Positions 55,990-64,000 of a stretch of DNA of 64,000 nucleotides are shown here, one piece after another. Positions within the stretch are counted from its first letter, which is position 1. Every line of letters begins with the position of its first letter. The position numbers were made by a program, and so were the translations under genes. The notes beneath the pieces are model-generated. The model worked only from the letters and a program-made list of their open reading frames with translations, searched no databases and had not been told where the DNA came from. Origin of the DNA: Coraliomargarita sp. (GTDB lineage: Bacteria; Verrucomicrobiota; Verrucomicrobiia; Opitutales; Coraliomargaritaceae); NCBI GenBank assembly GCA_965216325.1, contig OZ244160.1:128001-192000 (forward strand). The letters run 5' to 3'.

Positions 55990-57048
55990 CTAATTGCCGC
56001 GGCGTTGCTGGACTGCCTGAGCGAGTGCCTCGAGGATTTCGGCAGTCTCTTCGATATTGATGCAGGCATCCGTAATACTTTGGCCGTAGACGTTGTCGCC
56101 GTTTGGATTGTATTTCTGGTTTCCTTCGACGAGGTGGCTTTCGAGCATGACGCCTGCAATGCCGGTTTGACCGGCAGCAATTTGATCGGCGAGTGCCTGA
56201 GCGACGATGCCTTGGCGCTTGTGGTCCTTGTTGCTGTTGGCGTGGCTGCAGTCGACGACGACGTATGGAGGCAGGTTAACCTGCTGCAGGTCTTCGAGGA
56301 CTGGCTCGATGTCTTTCGCTTCGTAGTTGGTGCCGGTGCGGCTGCCACCACGCAGGATGACGTGTGCGTCCTGATTGCCCGTGGTTTGGAAGATTGCAGT
56401 GACGCCTTGTTTGGTGACGGATGGGAACCAGTGCGACTCGCGTGAGGAGCGCACGGCGTCGATTGCCATTTGCACGTTACCGCCGGTGCCGTTTTTGAAG
56501 CCGACCGGCATTGACAGGCCGGACGCGAGCTCGCGGTGCACTTGGCTTTCCGTGGTGCGGGCACCAATCGCTGACCAGGAAATTGCATCGGCGATGAACT
56601 GTGGGAAAATGGTGTCGAGGAATTCAGCTCCGGTTGGCAGGCCCATTTCGCAGATGTCGGCGAGGAGCTTACGGCCAATGCGCAGGCCGGTGTTGATCTC
56701 GAAGCTGCCGTCGAGATGTGGGTCATTCAGTAAGCCCTTCCAGCCAACCACGGTGCGTGGCTTTTCGAAGTAGACGCGCATGATAATTTGCAGGTCGGCT
56801 GCGTATTTCTCTGCCAGTGGCTTCAGTCGCTCGGCGTAGTCGATTGCTGCCTTCGGATCATGAATCGAGCAGGGGCCGACAACGACCATGAGGCGGTCAT
56901 CTTCACCGCGCATGATTGCGGCGCTGTCGGAGCGGCCTTTGTCCACTACGCTGACTGCATACTCCGAGAGGGGGATCTCTTCGATCAGAATGGCGGGAGG
57001 GAGGAGCGGACGCTTGTCGGCAATGCGTGTGTTATCGTGTGCGGTCAT
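55990..57048 (-). CDS. DAHP synthase, class I-alpha (AroF/G/H type)
   Basis: GPCSIHD, MRVYFEKPRT, IGARTTESQVHRE, DCSHAN, YGQSITDAC. Confidence 0.97.
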   Translation of the reverse strand: MTAHDNTRIADKRPLLPPAILIEEIPLSEYAVSVVDKGRSDSAAIMRGEDDRLMVVVGPCSIHDPKAAIDYAERLKPLAEKYAADLQIIMRVYFEKPRTVVGWKGLLNDPHLDGSFEINTGLRIGRKLLADICEMGLPTGAEFLDTIFPQFIADAISWSAIGARTTESQVHRELASGLSMPVGFKNGTGGNVQMAIDAVRSSRESHWFPSVTKQGVTAIFQTTGNQDAHVILRGGSRTGTNYEAKDIEPVLEDLQQVNLPPYVVVDCSHANSNKDHKRQGIVAQALADQIAAGQTGIAGVMLESHLVEGNQKYNPNGDNVYGQSITDACINIEETAEILEALAQAVQQRRGN

Positions 57049-57167
57049 GTGTATGAAGTTGTTGGTTGAAAGTTGTTAGTTGTTAGGGGCGGGCAGGGGC
57101 TGGTGACGTTTAGTCTTAATGGTCCGATCGTGAAGCGTCGGTCTTGTCGTCGCTTCGCTCCTCGGAA

Positions 57168-57245
57168 GTAATCTTACTCTTAATCCTAATCCCTTCTGTT
57201 ATGATGTCGGGAGATTAAGATTATGATTAGGAGTAAGATTAAGAG
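57168..57245. repeat. Hexamer-periodic inverted-repeat element, copy 4
   Basis: GTAATCTTACTCTTAATCCTAATC ... GATTAAGATTATGATTAGGAGTAAGATTAAGAG. Confidence 0.9.
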
Positions 57246-57263
57246 TTCCCTGCTGGCGAATAG

Positions 57264-57298
57264 AAAAAAGCCCTTCCGGATTGTTCCGGAAGGGCTTT
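57264..57298 (-). terminator. Rho-independent terminator of ppdK
   Basis: AAAAAAGCCCTTCCGGA-TTGT-TCCGGAAGGGCTTT. Confidence 0.9.
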
Positions 57299-57321
57299 GT
57301 TAAATCAGGAAGCTTTAAGGC

Positions 57322-60075
<2,754 letters not shown>

Positions 60076-60276
60076 AAGAAACGATCATTTTGTGGATCGA
60101 GTTGAGTTCCGAATGCGCCCAGTAATGAACGCCTTCGGCGTGAGAAAGCATGCAGCAAATGAATTTCGCGAAAGCTGTCAACGTATTAGATTTGCTGATT
60201 CTGAGTTCGGGCCAGGATCTGATTTTGCGTATTTGAGTTGCGCTTTATGCGAGTGAATCGCTAGTTGAACAGGCGA

Positions 60277-61176
60277 ATGAGCAAAGACGAACAGCCATAC
60301 GACGATAAGCCGCAAGACGACCCTTACACTGACGAGCATCAGGATGTCTTCGGTGATGATTACTCGGAGGGGTATGATGACTATGCGTATGATGAACCCG
60401 ACGCCGATGAGGAAGCTGAAGGAGGGATGTCGTTTTTGGAGCACCTCGAGGAATTTCGCTGGACGGTCGCGCGTAGTTTGTTGGCCTTCGTCATCGGGGT
60501 TGTGGTCGTGGTCATCTTCCACAAGCAGATCGCGGTGTTTATGCAGATGCCGCTGCACAAAGCCTATGGGTCTGCCGAGGTGGCTCGTGAGAATCTGATC
60601 ACCTATAAAGCGATGGGGGTGATCTCGGTCTTTTTTCAGGTGGCGTTGTTGGGGGGCTTTACCTTGTCGATGCCCTTTGTGCTTTATTTCTTGGGGCGCT
60701 TTGTGGCGCCGGGGCTCAACGAGAAGGAGCGCAAAGTGCTCGCCCCGTCCTGCCTCGCTGCTTTTATCCTGTTTTTGGTGGGGGTCGCGTTTGCCTTTTA
60801 TATTATTTTGCCGCTGGCTCTGGCGTTTACCGTGAAGCTCAATCAGCACATGGGCTTCGATATTTTTTGGGCGGCCTCGGACTATTATAATATGGTGGTG
60901 TGGTTCTCGCTGTCGATTGGGGCGTTTTTTCAGTTCCCATTGATTGTGGTGCTGCTGGTCTTTATCGGAGTGCTGGAAACTCAGACGCTCAAGACAGCAC
61001 GACGCTTGGTTTTTGTCAGTCTGATGGTCTTCTCCGCTTTGGTTTCGCCCGGGGGTGATCCGATTTCGCTCAGTGTCACGACCGGCTTCATGTATGGTCT
61101 GTATGAGTTGGCGATCGCCATTGGTGCGCGCATCGAGCGCAAGCGCCAGGCTGAGATTGATGCCGCGCTGGAGTAG
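60277..61176 (+). CDS. tatC: Twin-arginine translocase subunit TatC (acidic N-terminal extension)
   Basis: [30 protein letters not shown]. Confidence 0.95.
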   Translation: MSKDEQPYDDKPQDDPYTDEHQDVFGDDYSEGYDDYAYDEPDADEEAEGGMSFLEHLEEFRWTVARSLLAFVIGVVVVVIFHKQIAVFMQMPLHKAYGSAEVARENLITYKAMGVISVFFQVALLGGFTLSMPFVLYFLGRFVAPGLNEKERKVLAPSCLAAFILFLVGVAFAFYIILPLALAFTVKLNQHMGFDIFWAASDYYNMVVWFSLSIGAFFQFPLIVVLLVFIGVLETQTLKTARRLVFVSLMVFSALVSPGGDPISLSVTTGFMYGLYELAIAIGARIERKRQAEIDAALE

Positions 61177-61522
61177 GAACCGTTAATTTACGTCAATTAA
61201 CGTTAATTATTGTGTCGTATTGTAGCGGGTGCTGTCTCCATGCGCGTGCGTTTTGGAGAACTTAGGGTTCTTTTCAGGAAGGATGCGAAGATGAAAGAAG
61301 CATGGCTTGAGCGAGTTCGAAGGCGTCTTCTCTTTTGGGGCGCCCGGTCTCAAGTACTTGGGCTCCTAGCTGCTTTATTAATCGGTAGCGCGATTGACTT
61401 AGGCTTTTCAGGCGATTTCATCGGATACGCCTTTGGGGGGATTCTCAGTGTGGGCGGAACCTTTGGGCTCTCGTGAGTAGAATGAAAACTGATTCACGTT
61501 AATTGACGTCAATGGGCGGTCC
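61177..61522. repeat. Decamer-periodic inverted-repeat element enclosing a small ORF
   Basis: GAACCGTTAATTTACGTCAATTAACGTTAAT at 61177 and ATTCACGTTAATTGACGTCAATGGGCGGTCC at 61492. Confidence 0.8.
61291..61476 (+). CDS. Small hypothetical membrane protein inside the repeat element
   Basis: MKEAWLERVRRRLLFWG followed by two hydrophobic stretches; purine-rich upstream sequence. Confidence 0.4.
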   Translation: MKEAWLERVRRRLLFWGARSQVLGLLAALLIGSAIDLGFSGDFIGYAFGGILSVGGTFGLS

Positions 61523-61536
61523 AGTGGTCGATCTAC

Positions 61537-61569
61537 AAAAAAAACCGCGTCCTATTGGAACGCGGCTTT
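61537..61569. terminator. Probable bidirectional terminator
   Basis: A8-CCGCGT..ACGCGG-CTTT between convergent genes. Confidence 0.75.
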
Positions 61570-61588
61570 GAATTCAAAATGCTTGGTG

Positions 61589-61837
61589 TTACTTGGCGGC
61601 TTGCTTCTGCTTGCGCTGATCGGCTAGCACGATCAGGAACATGTTGATCGCGAACCAGAAAGTGGTGGCGATTGGCACGGCTGCGAAGCAGGCTTGAGCT
61701 TGAGCCCAGAATGGGTCCGGCGAGAAAGTAAATGGCACCAATGCAATGGACATGTAAATAAACACGCCGAGCGTCAGAATCACGCCGAGCGCGATCTGTC
61801 CTTTGGATAGTAGTTTTTGGTAGGCTGCATTTTCCAT
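61589..61837 (-). CDS. Small two-TM hypothetical membrane protein
   Basis: Two hydrophobic helices, basic C-terminus, followed by a terminator. Confidence 0.7.
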   Translation of the reverse strand: MENAAYQKLLSKGQIALGVILTLGVFIYMSIALVPFTFSPDPFWAQAQACFAAVPIATTFWFAINMFLIVLADQRKQKQAAK

Positions 61838-61969
61838 GGTGCGTAGGAGCAAATCTGCCTGATGCGGGCTGTCAAAGCGAAACTTGCCTCTTTTTTCGAT
61901 CGGCTTCTCTATCTGTGACTTGTGTGGGCTGTGTGCCTGCGAAATTTATCGCTTGAATTCGGCGCGGCA

Positions 61970-62001
<32 letters not shown>

Positions 62002-62014
62002 CCCGCTTTACTTC

Positions 62015-62512
62015 ATGAGCGCATTATTCATTAGTCTTTTAACTCTCGTTCTTATTCTTATTTCCGCATTCATCGTGCTGATCGTGCTGATGCAGCGCAC
62101 CAGCCAGAGTGGAGGTATGGGTGCCGCACTCGGAGGCGGTGCTGCGGAATCCGCATTTGGTTCCGACACAACCAATGTGCTGACTAAGGCAACCATCTAC
62201 GGAATTATCGCTTTCTTCGTCGTTGCGCTGGGGCTTTACCTGATCTACCAAGCGAATGCGGATGACGCACCCGTTGCAGACAAAGCGCCAGTCATTAAGG
62301 CGGATGTTGAAGAGGTTGCTGAAACCGTGACGACCGTTGAGGGTGACTCGGCAGCAGGTATTACAGTTTCTGAAATTGATGCTGGAACCGTCGAGCCGGT
62401 TGTGGAGTCTGTAGTGGAGGAAGTTGAGGCAACTGTGAATGAGGCCGCCGAAGCAGCACCTGCTGTTCAGGTTGAGGCACCTGCAGTTGAGCCGACTCCT
62501 GCTGCTCAATAA
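62015..62512 (+). CDS. secG: Preprotein translocase subunit SecG (long acidic tail)
   Basis: [24 protein letters not shown]. Confidence 0.93.
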   Translation: MSALFISLLTLVLILISAFIVLIVLMQRTSQSGGMGAALGGGAAESAFGSDTTNVLTKATIYGIIAFFVVALGLYLIYQANADDAPVADKAPVIKADVEEVAETVTTVEGDSAAGITVSEIDAGTVEPVVESVVEEVEATVNEAAEAAPAVQVEAPAVEPTPAAQ

Positions 62513-63418
62513 ATGCTACGCTCCGTATTTCAAAAAACATTCTTTCTTCAAAGGTCCGCTGTTCTCGGTTTTGCCGCAGCTGGCCTTTTTTGTGCCTGCG
62601 TTCCGGGCATTGCTCAAACCGCGCCGAGGGACAATATTGATACCCGTTACGAAGAGATTGATCTCGAAGAGGGGCGTAAGCGTTTGGAGAGCTTTCGTGC
62701 TCAGCGTTTGGATGGTGATTACTGCTTCCGCTTTCAGCTGGAGCATATGCCCCGCCGTGGGAAAACCACTCGTTACAATGGCACGATTTGGGGCACTTGG
62801 AATGAGCAGGGGCCTTTGACGCGGGTTCAGTTGGAACCGGGGGGGAGTGCTCATGCCAGTGGAGCTGGGTTGATTGATCTGATTTTGCAGAGTGGGCCGG
62901 AGCCGAAGGTTTGGAAGTGGATAGCTCCAAAGGCTAAGTTTGAGCAAATCGGAGGTGCTGCCTTGTATCAACCGGTTCTCGATGGCGTGACTTATTCGCC
63001 GTTCGATTTGCAAATGCCGTTTTTGTATTGGGAGCAATTTGAATACGCAGGAACTGCGCGTGTGAGTTCGCGAATCGTTCAGCAATTCCTGATGCTACCG
63101 CCCGAAGGTCAGTATGCGGACGTGGGCATAGGTGGTGTGCGTATTGGTCTGGATGATACGTATGATGCACTCTTTCGTGTTGAAGTTTTAGATGCTGAAT
63201 TGCAGCAGCGCTCACGCTTTACTGTGGAGGCGTGGAAGAAGCTTCAAGGGCAGTATATTGTTAAGAAAATTAGACTTACAGATGATGAGACAAAGGATGC
63301 CACGCGTTTTCGTGTGCGCGCTGCCAGTGTTGGTTTGATCCTGCCGGATGGATGGTTTGATCCTTTGTTGAATGAAGCAAAACCAACGATTCCGGAGGCA
63401 ATGTTTGAAGACGTTTAG
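62513..63418 (+). CDS. Outer-membrane lipoprotein-sorting (LolA-like) protein
   Basis: Signal-like N-terminus, TYSPFDL, WKKLQGQYIVKKI, GWFDP; abuts secG. Confidence 0.6.
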   Translation: MLRSVFQKTFFLQRSAVLGFAAAGLFCACVPGIAQTAPRDNIDTRYEEIDLEEGRKRLESFRAQRLDGDYCFRFQLEHMPRRGKTTRYNGTIWGTWNEQGPLTRVQLEPGGSAHASGAGLIDLILQSGPEPKVWKWIAPKAKFEQIGGAALYQPVLDGVTYSPFDLQMPFLYWEQFEYAGTARVSSRIVQQFLMLPPEGQYADVGIGGVRIGLDDTYDALFRVEVLDAELQQRSRFTVEAWKKLQGQYIVKKIRLTDDETKDATRFRVRAASVGLILPDGWFDPLLNEAKPTIPEAMFEDV

Positions 63419-63535
63419 GTTTGTAAGTGTCATCAGGGGTTAGGTCGTTTTCAGTGTGACTCTTGTGTAAATCTTTTGTATTGACTTTGTTACTACATTT
63501 GGCAGTCCTGTTGGTGAACACTAACCAAACTGTCT

Positions 63536-64000
<465 letters not shown>

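Overview
Bacterial chromosome window, most likely Verrucomicrobiota (Opitutales/Coraliomargarita-like; inferred from the PEP-CTERM and TIGR02597-type proteins, RNase HIII and Lys-rich histone-like tails). Housekeeping genes include pheST, gatCAB, mutY, rnhC, lpxB, a class I DAHP synthase, ppdK, tatC and secG. A decayed accessory patch at 7.3-10.3 kb holds an orphan HigA-like antitoxin with a broken toxin, a Fic remnant and an ISL3 element. A ~21 kb LPS core/modification locus (10.5-31.4 kb) has six LPS-kinase genes, a carbamoyltransferase, gmd, a ColD-like dehydratase and an LpxL-WaaF fusion. A cpATP-grasp/alpha-E/transglutaminase operon is also present. The most striking layer is repetitive DNA: (i) a RAYT (REP-associated HUH tyrosine transposase) with an 8 x 110 bp REPIN array and dispersed copies, two of them translated in frame inside genes; (ii) a second Y1 transposase whose 5' end is tandemly duplicated twice, with both breakpoints after CTCG; (iii) several further GTAG-type REP families; (iv) intergenic inverted-repeat cassettes made of short 6-, 7- or 9-10-nt periodic units, one enclosing a small ORF. 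No tRNA, rRNA or true CRISPR array was seen. All calls come from reading the sequence and recalling motifs; no searches were run.
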